Source: a virus (lineage: Duplodnaviria; Caudoviricetes). From it: a stretch of 56,403 bases of DNA. Shown piece by piece: positions 18,605 to 27,515 of the stretch; within the stretch, counting starts at the first letter, position 1; every line of letters begins with the position of its first letter. Made by a program: the position numbers and the translations under genes. Location: the IMG/VR virus record IMGVR_UViG_3300048584_000026, positions 1 through 56,403 of that record. The stretch is one strand, 5' to 3'. Under the pieces are notes generated by a model, which had not been told where the DNA came from, did no database searches, and saw only the letters and a program-made list of their open reading frames with translations.

Positions 18605-19015
18605 GGCGGACCCCAGCCGCTCGCCCGGCGGACCCCAGCCGCTCGCCCGGTCCGCCGGGATGACGAATCGCGCGGGATTCCATGCCCCCGCGCGCCTAGG
18701 TGACGCGCGCGCCTATACGTACGCGGGCGCGCTCGCCCGTGTATACGCGCGCGGGCGCGCTCGCCCGTGTATACGCGCGCGGGCGCGCACACGGGGAACC
18801 GGGAGACCCCCCTGTAGTGGTGTGACAGCACCCCCTCTGTAGTGGTGTGACAGATCGTTCGACCAACCGGCCATCGCGCCGCCGGATCACCACGCTCGCC
18901 CCGTGGCCGATCCTGCCGCGCTCGGTCTCGAAATGATTTCCGCTGCTCGACCTGATCGAACAACCGTAACACCCCCTCTGTAGCGGAGTCAGGGGACCCC
19001 CTCTGTAGCGGAGTC
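18605..19015. repeat. Cluster of tandem and inverted repeats
   Basis: 22-bp unit x2 (18605-18648); 28-bp unit x2 plus a partial copy (18722-18788); CTGTAGTGGTGTGACAG at 18812 and 18837; ACCCCCTCTGTAGCGGAGTC at 18971 and 18996. Confidence 0.9.
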
Positions 19016-19027
19016 GGGGCAGCAGGA

Positions 19028-19056
19028 TTGACAGTCTAGGATGTTTCGTGCATCTA
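19028..19056 (+). promoter_or_regulatory. Putative promoter of the accessory arm
   Basis: TTGACA-17 nt-CATCTA. Confidence 0.5.
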
Positions 19057-19085
19057 AGCAGCCCGAATCAAGGTCGAGGAGTTTC

Positions 19086-19370
19086 ATGCAAGAAGTTTAC
19101 GAGATCGAGCAGCGGGAGAACCGTCAGGCTCAGATAGAGCATATGGACATCGGTGACACGGTGTCCATATCCCGGCGGATCGAGATGATGCACGGGTTTG
19201 CGGAAGGCGCTATTGCTGAACACAACCGCCAGCTTCGCGGCATCGCCGATCAGCAGACGCACCGGGCGCGCAGGCGCTTCAAGGAGCGCAAGTTCAAGGT
19301 CGAGAATGGTTCGTTTATGACGCGGGAAGGGGCGCTGGTAATCACCGCCGCTATCACGCGGGTCGAGTAA
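19086..19370 (+). CDS. Hypothetical protein
   Basis: GAGGAG RBS before MQEVYEIE. Confidence 0.7.
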   Translation: MQEVYEIEQRENRQAQIEHMDIGDTVSISRRIEMMHGFAEGAIAEHNRQLRGIADQQTHRARRRFKERKFKVENGSFMTREGALVITAAITRVE

Positions 19371-19391
19371 CACCGAAGGAGTCGAGATAAG

Positions 19392-19721
19392 ATGGTCGAT
19401 AGGTTCGAAGGATACAAGACGAAGAACGGCAAGCTGTTCTTGTCAGAAGAAGCAGCGATCCGGGAGGAAGTGCTGGACGATCTCTGTGAGATCATGCCTG
19501 AGTTGGTTTTGATCCGGCCAAAGCTGGACAGCAACCTCCGCGCTCTGGCAACCGCCATGGGTCCCATGCTGGACCTCGTAAGGGTCCCATCTGAGGGCCA
19601 TATGCCGTGTTGTGTAAACACCCCGCGCGGTCAGGATAACCACACCAATTGCGCCGCGCACCCGGAACACCAGACGGACGCTGTTGTCGATCTGGCTGAC
19701 AGGCTCGCCGGTCGTGCCTAG
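19392..19721 (+). CDS. Hypothetical protein
   Basis: AGGAGTCGA RBS; YKTKNGKLFLSEEAA motif. Confidence 0.7.
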   Translation: MVDRFEGYKTKNGKLFLSEEAAIREEVLDDLCEIMPELVLIRPKLDSNLRALATAMGPMLDLVRVPSEGHMPCCVNTPRGQDNHTNCAAHPEHQTDAVVDLADRLAGRA

Positions 19722-19935
19722 GGTCCGGTCAATCACTATCGGTATGGCGCGGACTTACCAGCATCCGCACATCGCGTACGAGAACTTCCGGATCGAGGGT
19801 CAAGTGACCGTCGATCTGGAGGACGACGAGACGCCAGCCGAAGCCGCTGAGAAATCATTTCCGATTCTGCGCGAGCAGATGATCGCCACCTACAAGCAGT
19901 TCAAGCCGAAGGATGGCACAGGAGGTCGAGACTGA
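19714..19935 (+). CDS. Hypothetical protein
   Basis: Coupled; YENFRIEGQVTVDLEDDE. Confidence 0.6.
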   Translation: MPRVRSITIGMARTYQHPHIAYENFRIEGQVTVDLEDDETPAEAAEKSFPILREQMIATYKQFKPKDGTGGRD

Positions 19936-20240
19936 TGGGAAACACCGTATGGCAACGTCGGCGCAAGGCCGCCGAGATCGCTGGGCGCGAGGCTGCTGAC
20001 GGCGGGCCTGACCGTAGCGAGGAGTTCAAGGCTCTGGGTCTGGATGAATCCTACCACAAGGGCAGGCGTGAACGCGAAAGCGAAATGCAGGCGGCTCAGA
20101 CATACGAGAGCCACCCGCTCCGCCAGATCAGCCACGAGGCGAGCGATCTCTACAACCGAACCGAGAACCCCGAGGTTCGCGAACTGTCCGAGCTTATCGA
20201 GCGGATGGCAGACTATCTGCTGGAAAAGGAAGAATCCTGA
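19935..20240 (+). CDS. Hypothetical protein
   Basis: GGAGG RBS, TGATG coupling. Confidence 0.65.
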   Translation: MGNTVWQRRRKAAEIAGREAADGGPDRSEEFKALGLDESYHKGRRERESEMQAAQTYESHPLRQISHEASDLYNRTENPEVRELSELIERMADYLLEKEES

Positions 20241-20482
20241 TGCCCAAGAACGCTGAACCCGAGATCAAGCAGCGCCGCATGGCGATGATCGGCAAGGTCC
20301 TCGCTATTCAGGTTGAGCCGGGGACCAAGATTTTCCACCCCCTGACAGAGAAGCTGCTCGGGATCGTGGCAGATCGCCAGCCGGTCATCAATCACGACGA
20401 CAACGCGGTCTACCTGTCCACCGACGACTGGAACGCAGCGCAGGCCGCGCTCCCGGCAGCCCCGAAGCCAGTCAAGCACTGA
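20240..20482 (+). CDS. Hypothetical protein
   Basis: TGATG coupling. Confidence 0.65.
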   Translation: MPKNAEPEIKQRRMAMIGKVLAIQVEPGTKIFHPLTEKLLGIVADRQPVINHDDNAVYLSTDDWNAAQAALPAAPKPVKH

Positions 20483-20763
20483 TGCAGCGGGACCAGATCG
20501 AAGCCCGTGTCCGGGAGATACTGGGTCACTACCGAGTGAACCAGAAGTTCATCCGGGGGGCTGGGAAAGCCAACTACGCCTATGCGGTGTACGCGGGGAA
20601 GAACCTCGGGCGCACCACACCGAACCCCGACGTGAAACAGGTCAGCGAGGACCTGACATCGGGCGAAGCCAAAGCCCTCGCCAAGGAACTCACCGTGGCC
20701 GATCTGGTCACTTTCATCGAGAGCATCAAGGAGTCGAACCAAGGTGCGCCAACCGAAGGATGA
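20482..20763 (+). CDS. Hypothetical protein
   Basis: TGATG coupling. Confidence 0.65.
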   Translation: MQRDQIEARVREILGHYRVNQKFIRGAGKANYAYAVYAGKNLGRTTPNPDVKQVSEDLTSGEAKALAKELTVADLVTFIESIKESNQGAPTEG

Positions 20764-21157
20764 CACAATTCTGCTTGGCTACGATGACAAAGGCCGAGAA
20801 CGGATTCTCGGGGCTGACGGCTACGTGCATCTTAAAGTCGGCTCAGATCATCCGATGGCACACAAAAACGGATGGGCGCGAGAGCACCGGGTCATGATGT
20901 CCGAGCGTCTGGGCCGAGTCCTCAAGCCTTCGGAAGTCGTTCACCACAAAAACGACGAGCGCACAGACAACAGGATTGGCAATTTCGAGCTAAAGGGAGC
21001 CGGGGTTCATACCGGCGAACATAAGCATCGCAAGGGGACTGGCAAACCCACTTGCGGAAAAGGACACCCGTGGACGATTTACCCTTCGGGTCGCCGCCGT
21101 TGCCGAGTTTGCGAAAATGCAGCAGATAGGAGTCGATATCATGTCAACAAAAAGTAA
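20744..21157 (+). CDS. HNH homing-type endonuclease
   Basis: EHRVMMSERLGR...VVHHKNDERTDNRIGN; C-terminal CGKGH...CRVC; lower GC. Confidence 0.85.
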   Translation: MRQPKDDTILLGYDDKGRERILGADGYVHLKVGSDHPMAHKNGWAREHRVMMSERLGRVLKPSEVVHHKNDERTDNRIGNFELKGAGVHTGEHKHRKGTGKPTCGKGHPWTIYPSGRRRCRVCENAADRSRYHVNKK

Positions 21158-22166
21158 TCCGGGGGCTTTTAGAGCTTATGACGCCGCCTTGCCCGACGAG
21201 CCGATCTTCACCATCCTCGGTCGTGATCCAGCCGCACCGGCCACGATGCGCTTCTGGGCCGATACTCGCACGATGCTCGGCAAGACCGAGACAGCGGACG
21301 ACTGTGACCGGATCACCGATGCCCGGCGCGATGCGACCCTCATGGCCCAGTGGCGAGCGTCCAACCTCGATCCTTTTGGCGATGGGCCGACGTGGCACGG
21401 CGTCAACGTGACTGATGAACTGGGCGGCCCGATTCGGGTCGAGCCGGACAACACGGTCTATGTCCCGGCGGAACGTGACGGGGACGAGGCCGTGCGCCTG
21501 AGCATCGAATGGCTCCAGCGCCAGACTGCCGCGCTTGTCGCGGGCGACATCAGCCGGGAGTTCTTCGCCGAACTGATGGGCCACGCTTGCAAGGCACCGG
21601 ATCGTCGGCGTGAGCGCGTGGTGCCGGTGGAGGAGGCAGCCTTCGACGCGGCCAAGCGCGACGACCGGACGATCTCGATGATGAAGGCGATCCAGTACGC
21701 CTTGGGCCTGATCGACACGCTGGCGGTCAACGCTGCACGTCAGAGTCTCTTTGAGCCTGTCCGGAAAGCACTGTTCGACGCGCTCGGCGAGGCCCCCGTG
21801 GGTGTGAGCAAGCCCCAGACGCCCGGCGAACAGGTCGTGGTGGACAGCCAGCCGACCGATCTGGCCCACGCCCCTGAGGTCCCGCCGCACCGCTTCTCGG
21901 TGTTCCATAAGGGCGAGACCTACGCCTACGCGCGCGGGCTGGAGATCAACCCGATGCACTTGCCCACGGCGCTCGATGCCATGGAGAAGGACGGCTGGAG
22001 CCTTGTGGCGATCTTCGGGCAGACCGATAGCCAGCACGTCGGCTTCATCTTCCGTCGGGCGACCGCCGTTCACGTCGTCAACCGGATCGAGGCACCCCCG
22101 GCCACGGGGCCTGCGACCGAGACCCTGCCTGCGTGGGACGACCGTGGCCGGGGGATCATGCCCTGA
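21141..22166 (+). CDS. Hypothetical multi-domain protein
   Basis: AGGAGTCGA RBS; N-terminal DEPIFTILGRDPAAP motif; C-terminal EKDGWSLVAI motif. Confidence 0.7.
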   Translation: MSTKSNPGAFRAYDAALPDEPIFTILGRDPAAPATMRFWADTRTMLGKTETADDCDRITDARRDATLMAQWRASNLDPFGDGPTWHGVNVTDELGGPIRVEPDNTVYVPAERDGDEAVRLSIEWLQRQTAALVAGDISREFFAELMGHACKAPDRRRERVVPVEEAAFDAAKRDDRTISMMKAIQYALGLIDTLAVNAARQSLFEPVRKALFDALGEAPVGVSKPQTPGEQVVVDSQPTDLAHAPEVPPHRFSVFHKGETYAYARGLEINPMHLPTALDAMEKDGWSLVAIFGQTDSQHVGFIFRRATAVHVVNRIEAPPATGPATETLPAWDDRGRGIMP

Positions 22167-22180
22167 CAACACGAAGGGGC

Positions 22181-22209
22181 TTGACCCCTACAGCGGTCTA
22201 GGTTACTCA
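22181..22209 (+). promoter_or_regulatory. Possible promoter
   Basis: TTGACC-17 nt-TACTCA in an intergenic gap. Confidence 0.4.
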
Positions 22210-22264
22210 GATGCCCGGTGATGTCGAGTCGCCGGGCATTTTGCCACCAAGGAGTCGAAGCCCT

Positions 22265-22711
22265 ATGACTACCGCCGCTGCCGCTACTGCCGCTCACCAG
22301 AAGATCGAGTTCTGCTTGCAGATCGGAACCGTCTCCAAGGAACTCGCTGACTGGGCCGAAGTGCAGTTCGCCGCTGGGCGCTCGCTTGACTCTGTGCGCC
22401 AGCAGCTTCGCCGGGTCATCCGCGCCGTCACCCCGCTCCGGGAGGCCGCAGAGCCTATCGCGGATAATGTGACCCGCACGGAGACCGAGTTCAACCTAAA
22501 CTGGGCGCACGAGAACCCCGAGCTTTTCGCGCAGGCCGTCAAGGCTTTCCAGACCAAGGCCCCGATCACCCACTGGGCGCATCACATCGACCTGAGCCGC
22601 GAACAGTTTATGACGCTGATCGCTGTGCGGCGCGACAAGCCGTTCGACTCTGTCATGGATTACGTTATGGCGGACAAGCTCTATCTCCGGGAGACTGGCT
22701 ATGACGTGTGA
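22265..22711 (+). CDS. Hypothetical protein
   Basis: AAGGAGTCGAAGCC RBS before MTTAAA. Confidence 0.7.
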   Translation: MTTAAAATAAHQKIEFCLQIGTVSKELADWAEVQFAAGRSLDSVRQQLRRVIRAVTPLREAAEPIADNVTRTETEFNLNWAHENPELFAQAVKAFQTKAPITHWAHHIDLSREQFMTLIAVRRDKPFDSVMDYVMADKLYLRETGYDV

Positions 22712-22907
22712 GAAGGAGGCCGATCCGGCTGCACTCGACCGTTGGCATGACGGCTGGTTCGACGGCTACCGGGGCAACCCCGAAGACTCCACCGACCTTG
22801 ACTATCTGCTCGGATACAAGGAAGGGCAGACCCAGCGTGTCGTGATCGTCAACGCTCCCGCCCGCCCGGAAGGCTACTACCACTCGCCCATCGGCACTTT
22901 CGACTGA
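22701..22907 (+). CDS. Small hypothetical protein
   Basis: WHDGWFDGY...YLLGYKEG aromatic-Gly repeat. Confidence 0.6.
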   Translation: MTCEKEADPAALDRWHDGWFDGYRGNPEDSTDLDYLLGYKEGQTQRVVIVNAPARPEGYYHSPIGTFD

Positions 22908-22922
22908 AAGGAAATCATTTCC

Positions 22923-23540
22923 ATGTCTACCCGTGAAACCAGCCCGGAGATTGCAAGTCTCGCTGGGCGCATCCTCGCCGCAGGAAACCCGCTCGATAAC
23001 GCTCAGGTCGTAATCTCGATCATCGACGGTCTGGCGGGCGCAAGCACCGGCAAGCAGGCGCAGGAATCGCTCAAGGCGATCCTCGGCTCGTATTTCGAAA
23101 ACATGCTGTCCCTCGCCGGGTCCTGTCTCTCGCAGACCGAGGACGATGACGGCCAGCCGCCGCAAGTGGCAATCACGGCCACGGTGAGCTGGGACAAGAT
23201 CACCAACGCGATCATCGGCGCGTTCGAAGGCGGCTCGACCTACTGGCTCCGGGAGGTCGAGTACACCCACACCCCCGACGGCATCGAGGGCCGCCCGGCG
23301 TACGCAGAGGACGAGTTCTGGGCGAAGGGCGGCAAGATGATGCTGATCTACGACAACCCGGAAGATTCGGATCGCCGCGCGCGCAAGGAAGTCGGCCTGA
23401 TCGAAATCCGCAAGGGCCTGCGCTCCATGGCGGAGAAGTCCTACCGGCACTTCGACGACATGATCTCGGAGAACGACGACGCGATCACCCATGACGTGTT
23501 CATTCAGCACGTCCTGTTCGGCGAAGTTGTCTACGGCTAA
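22923..23540 (+). CDS. Hypothetical protein
   Basis: AFEGGSTYW...[15 protein letters not shown]; ATG directly follows a perfect GGAAATCATTTCC. Confidence 0.75.
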   Translation: MSTRETSPEIASLAGRILAAGNPLDNAQVVISIIDGLAGASTGKQAQESLKAILGSYFENMLSLAGSCLSQTEDDDGQPPQVAITATVSWDKITNAIIGAFEGGSTYWLREVEYTHTPDGIEGRPAYAEDEFWAKGGKMMLIYDNPEDSDRRARKEVGLIEIRKGLRSMAEKSYRHFDDMISENDDAITHDVFIQHVLFGEVVYG

Positions 23541-23565
23541 TCTTAACGCAAGGAGAAGTACCACA

Positions 23566-23814
23566 ATGCACCTGTCCACCGAAGAAATGATTTCCAAGGT
23601 CAACCGGATTATCCGGGAGAATCTGGGCGTCGAGGAAAGCAAGATCACCCGCGAAGCCAGCTTCCTTGACGATCTCGGTTGCGACTCGCTCGATATGGTC
23701 GAACTGACCATGGCGTTCGAGGAGGAGTTCACCATCGAAATCCCGGACGACGACGCTGAGAAGGTCAACACCGTCGGCGATGCCTACGACATGCTCAGCG
23801 CCAAACTGACGTAA
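23566..23814 (+). CDS. acpP: Acyl carrier protein
   Basis: [43 protein letters not shown], with the phosphopantetheine Ser in DSL; AAGGAG RBS. Confidence 0.92.
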   Translation: MHLSTEEMISKVNRIIRENLGVEESKITREASFLDDLGCDSLDMVELTMAFEEEFTIEIPDDDAEKVNTVGDAYDMLSAKLT

Positions 23815-23945
23815 GGGGGGCTGGGCCGTCATGCGAGAGAACGACGTAACGAAGGCGGCCCAGCCGCCCCGCGAACCCCGCCGGGGGAGTACGGTCGAGA
23901 TGGTGGACCGTATCAAGGATCAGATCGAAACCAAGGAGCCGCCCC

Positions 23946-25004
23946 GTGGCCGTTGAAGCCTTTATCCCGAAGAAGTTTTCCAAGGCTCACGAGTGGGTCA
24001 TCCGGCAGGCGAACCAGATTATCACTGAATACATGGAGCAGGGCTACACCCTGACTCTGCGTCAGGTCCACTACCAGTTCGTCGCCCGCGATCTCTACGA
24101 GAACACGCAAGCCAACTACAAGCGTCTCGGCAACATTCTCGACGCGGCCCGTAAGGCGGGTCTGGTGGACTGGGATGCTATCGAGGACCGGACCCGCCTC
24201 CTGCGCCGTATCCCGGTATGGGACGGCCCTGAGCGGGCGCTGGAACGGGTCAGGACGGCCTTCAAACTGGACCCGTGGGACGAGCAGCCTAAGCTCCGCC
24301 GGATCGAGGTCTGGGTCGAGAAGGACGCGGCGGTCGGGATCGTCGAGCCGACGTGCAACGATCTGCGGTTGCCCTACTTCTCGTGTCGCGGCTACTCGTC
24401 GTCCTCGGGGCTGTACGAGGCAGGCAAGCGGCTTGAGGCGTACAAGAACGCCGGGTACGAGACTATCGTGCTGTACCTCGGGGATCACGACCCCAGTGGG
24501 GTCCAGATGACCGACGTGTCGCTGGAGCGAGTGCAGATGTACGCGCGCCACGAGGTTGACTTCCGCCGTATTGCGCTCACCATGTCCCAGATCGAGGCGA
24601 ACCCGATCCCGCCCAACTTCGTCAAGGAGACCGATTCCCGGACCCAGTGGTACGTCGATAAGTTCGGCACGACCGAGTGCTGGGAACTGGACGCTCTGTC
24701 TCCCCGGATCGTGGACCGGATCATCCGCGACGAGATCGAGCCGCTTATCGACCGCGAAGCATGGGACAAGACTCTGGCGACCGAGGAGGAGCATCGCGCC
24801 GTTCTTTCGGAAATCATTTCCGACTGGAACCGTACCAAGGCAGCCCCGGCCATGGCGAAGAAGCTGCACGAGTTCGCGACCGAGTATTCGGTTGAGGCCC
24901 AGCCGATCAATGACGAGGGAGAGTACGAGAGCGAAGACTCGGCGACCCTGAGCCTGTTTATCGACGAGTCGGCACAAGTTCTCAGCGAACATGGGTTGCT
25001 CTGA
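23946..25004 (+). CDS. Topo VI-A/Spo11-like WHD-Toprim protein
   Basis: LTLRQVHYQ; VWVEKDA; CRGYSS; YLGDHDPSG; WELDAL. Confidence 0.75.
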   Translation: MAVEAFIPKKFSKAHEWVIRQANQIITEYMEQGYTLTLRQVHYQFVARDLYENTQANYKRLGNILDAARKAGLVDWDAIEDRTRLLRRIPVWDGPERALERVRTAFKLDPWDEQPKLRRIEVWVEKDAAVGIVEPTCNDLRLPYFSCRGYSSSSGLYEAGKRLEAYKNAGYETIVLYLGDHDPSGVQMTDVSLERVQMYARHEVDFRRIALTMSQIEANPIPPNFVKETDSRTQWYVDKFGTTECWELDALSPRIVDRIIRDEIEPLIDREAWDKTLATEEEHRAVLSEIISDWNRTKAAPAMAKKLHEFATEYSVEAQPINDEGEYESEDSATLSLFIDESAQVLSEHGLL

Positions 25005-25264
25005 TGACCGACCGCCGCGAACGCCCGTGGCGTAAGCTGCGCGTGGTGGTGGAGGTCTCCGTACCTCCTACCAGCCGCGCGACCGAGAAGGACTTGCTCT
25101 ATCACGTAGAGCAGGCCATGCCTAAGACGCTCCCGCTGCGTCGAGCCTGTCACGCAAACGCTCAGCAGGCGGCAGTCAGGCTCAAAGGTTTTACCGCGTT
25201 CTGGCCTTGGTTTCTCCGCAAGGAGAAGGGCCTTACAATCAGGAAGAAGGACAACACTGTATGA
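25004..25264 (+). CDS. Hypothetical basic protein
   Basis: Coupled at both ends. Confidence 0.6.
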   Translation: MTDRRERPWRKLRVVVEVSVPPTSRATEKDLLYHVEQAMPKTLPLRRACHANAQQAAVRLKGFTAFWPWFLRKEKGLTIRKKDNTV

Positions 25265-25593
25265 CTGACACGACTGAAACCCGTCCGGCAACGCTGGACG
25301 AACTTGCTGCCGCGATCCTCCAATGGGGTATCGACCGCGACTTCCCGAACGGCGCGACGGCAGGCGGACAGGTCAACAAGTTGTTCGAGGAAGGCGGCGA
25401 ACTCTCGGGGGCTGTCACCCGCAACAAAGTGCCGATGATCGTAGACGGGATCGGCGATTGCTTCGTGGTTCTCTGCATGATTGCCTTGACCACGGGCGTC
25501 GATCTCCGCGAATGTATCGCGGCAGCGTACGACGAGATCAAGGACCGCAAGGGTACTATGATCGACGGCAAGTTCGTCCGGGAGGAGAACTAA
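25261..25593 (+). CDS. MazG-like NTP pyrophosphohydrolase
   Basis: KLFEEGGEL...DGIGD...AYDEIKDRKG. Confidence 0.8.
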   Translation: MTDTTETRPATLDELAAAILQWGIDRDFPNGATAGGQVNKLFEEGGELSGAVTRNKVPMIVDGIGDCFVVLCMIALTTGVDLRECIAAAYDEIKDRKGTMIDGKFVREEN

Positions 25594-25595
25594 CC

Positions 25596-25910
25596 ATGGC
25601 CGAAGATAAGCGCCCCAACCCATACCCATACCCGACCGCCGAGGAGTTCGAGGCTGCGCCGGGGAGCCGTGAACAGAAGGCCGCCCGGTGTATCGCGGCT
25701 CGCCGGTTCGACGGCATCCCGACTCGTGCTTTCCTCCTCGGGGGCAACGATCACTCGCCGCTGATGCAGGGCCTCGTGGATTTCACGACTGCCGTGTACA
25801 AGCTGATCGACCGGATCGAGGATTCGGGAGCCAAGGTCGAAGAAGTCGAAGCAATCCGTGAAATGATGGAGTCCCATGGATGCCCCTCCGCCGATACGAC
25901 GGAACCGTAA
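25596..25910 (+). CDS. Hypothetical protein
   Basis: GGAGGAG RBS. Confidence 0.6.
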   Translation: MAEDKRPNPYPYPTAEEFEAAPGSREQKAARCIAARRFDGIPTRAFLLGGNDHSPLMQGLVDFTTAVYKLIDRIEDSGAKVEEVEAIREMMESHGCPSADTTEP

Positions 25911-26104
25911 TCGACCCGTTCTGGGTGGACCTAGCCGGGCGGGACGAAGCTACGTTCCCGTCCGGCTTCTACCGCGCCTGCTGCCGTGCGTCTCCGGTGT
26001 TCCAGCTTGGCGACTGGCGGCGTAGGCGGCGAGAGGCCGAAGCGCGAAATGATTTCCGTGCGCTCGATGCCCTCGATCAGGAATATGAAAGGATCGGGAT
26101 GTGA
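25880..26104 (+). CDS. Hypothetical protein
   Basis: Overlap-coupled ORF. Confidence 0.5.
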   Translation: MPLRRYDGTVIDPFWVDLAGRDEATFPSGFYRACCRASPVFQLGDWRRRRREAEARNDFRALDALDQEYERIGM

Positions 26105-26373
26105 GCGACGAAATCGAGGCCAAGAAGGAGTACGTGCGCCGGTCGAAGCAGACTCGGAAGCACCATTGCCATTGGCCCGGCTGTGATGCTCAGGTAGCCC
26201 CGGCCAAGTGGGGCTGCATGAAACACTGGATGCGGCTACCCAAGCGGCTCCGAGATAAGGTATGGGCGACGTTCCGGCCCGGTCAGGAGACAAACTGGAC
26301 GCCCAGCCGGGAATACGTCAAAGTCGCCAGAGAGGTTCAACTATGGATCAGTTGCGAGGAATCGGGTCTGTGA
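26101..26373 (+). CDS. Small Zn-finger protein
   Basis: HHCHWPGC...WGCMKHW; ends ESGL. Confidence 0.7.
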   Translation: MSDEIEAKKEYVRRSKQTRKHHCHWPGCDAQVAPAKWGCMKHWMRLPKRLRDKVWATFRPGQETNWTPSREYVKVAREVQLWISCEESGL

Positions 26374-26549
26374 CAACGAAGAAGCCAAGCAACGCGGCGA
26401 TTGTCATCACCAACCGGAACACGGGCGCGCAAACGGTAAAGCGTGTCAAGAAATCGAGCAAGACGGTCGATCTGGTGACACAGTACCACGCGCGCCATCC
26501 CGACTATTTCGTCTACCGCATCAACATCTATGCAAGGAAAGCAGCATGA
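26370..26549 (+). CDS. Small basic protein
   Basis: GTGA coupling; ends KAA. Confidence 0.55.
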   Translation: MTTKKPSNAAIVITNRNTGAQTVKRVKKSSKTVDLVTQYHARHPDYFVYRINIYARKAA

Positions 26550-27079
26550 CCATCGCAGTCAACAACCTCTACCAACATGCCGACGGCGGCTTCTACTGCC
26601 TTTTGTCGGACGACGCGGCGCTCAAGGAGCCGACCTCCGTAGGCATCTGGCACGACGCCGTGATCTACATCGGCACAGACGGCAAGATGCGCTCGACGAC
26701 TCAGGCCCGCTGGGCCGGGCGGTTCTCCCCCGTGGCCGAGTACACCGGGGATGACGAGCAAGTCCTGATGATGGTCCGCCGGGCGAATCCGGGCGATACC
26801 AGCTTCGACTTCCTCCGTGTATTCGAGTCGTGGCACGAATCGGAAATGGGCATCACCGGCCACATGCTCGAACTGGCGGTCGCGGCTGCGGTCGAGAAGT
26901 ACGAGTGGCCCCGGAGTTTCCTTGAGGCCCCGACTCGTATGATGGGTGCAACGGATGACGACCCCCAGAGCGTCGAAGTCACTATCTCGACCGAGGACTT
27001 GCAGCGCGTCGTGCAGACCTACGAGATCGAACGTGTCCCGATTCCGCACGGTTTCACATTCCGGATCACGAAAGCCTGA
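26546..27079 (+). CDS. DUF1653-like domain protein
   Basis: LYQHADGGFY...VIY...GRFSPV. Confidence 0.6.
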   Translation: MTIAVNNLYQHADGGFYCLLSDDAALKEPTSVGIWHDAVIYIGTDGKMRSTTQARWAGRFSPVAEYTGDDEQVLMMVRRANPGDTSFDFLRVFESWHESEMGITGHMLELAVAAAVEKYEWPRSFLEAPTRMMGATDDDPQSVEVTISTEDLQRVVQTYEIERVPIPHGFTFRITKA

Positions 27080-27109
27080 TATTGGCGGAAATGATTTCCA
27101 GATTCCGGG

Positions 27110-27139
27110 TTGACATCTGCGTTCAGCGAGCGCAGATGT
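27110..27139 (+). promoter_or_regulatory. Promoter of the gapR-parB unit, with internal inverted repeat
   Basis: TTGACA at 27110; ACATCTGCG/CGCAGATGT dyad; perfect GGAAATGATTTCC 10 nt upstream (27087-27099). Confidence 0.55.
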
Positions 27140-27176
27140 TTTCCTGTTCTTGAAGGTCGAAAGGTCGAACAATCAC

Positions 27177-27482
27177 ATGACTGGTATGGGTCACAACTCC
27201 GGTACAGGAGATGATACTTTCGCTGTCTCTGAGGAGCAGATGAAAGCTGCCGACGTTGACGCTGAACGCCTTCGCCTGCTGATCGAGCGTATCGAGCGGC
27301 TGGAGGAGGAGAAGAAAGGTGTCGCCGACGACATCAAGGACGTTTACCTTGAGGCCAAGGCCGTTGGTTACGACCCCAAGATCATGCGAAAGATCGTCGC
27401 GCTCCGCAAGATGAAGCCCGACGACAGATCAGAGCAAGACATGCTGCTCGACACTTACAAAAACGCGCTTGGCATGTCGTGA
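27177..27482 (+). CDS. gapR: GapR-family nucleoid-associated protein (DUF2312)
   Basis: [47 protein letters not shown]...[10 protein letters not shown]. Confidence 0.9.
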   Translation: MTGMGHNSGTGDDTFAVSEEQMKAADVDAERLRLLIERIERLEEEKKGVADDIKDVYLEAKAVGYDPKIMRKIVALRKMKPDDRSEQDMLLDTYKNALGMS

Positions 27483-27515
27483 ACGTGAAACCCGGAATCT
27501 AGGAGTACCGATACC

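Noticed and set aside
18805-19015. CCCCTCTGTAG repeats as a CRISPR-like array
   Set aside because: Only paired duplications at 25-bp period, with repeated rather than unique intervening sequence
23831-23956. 41-aa ORF after ACP (also a 51-aa ORF at 29236-29391)
   Set aside because: Plausible gap fillers, but too short and motif-free to support
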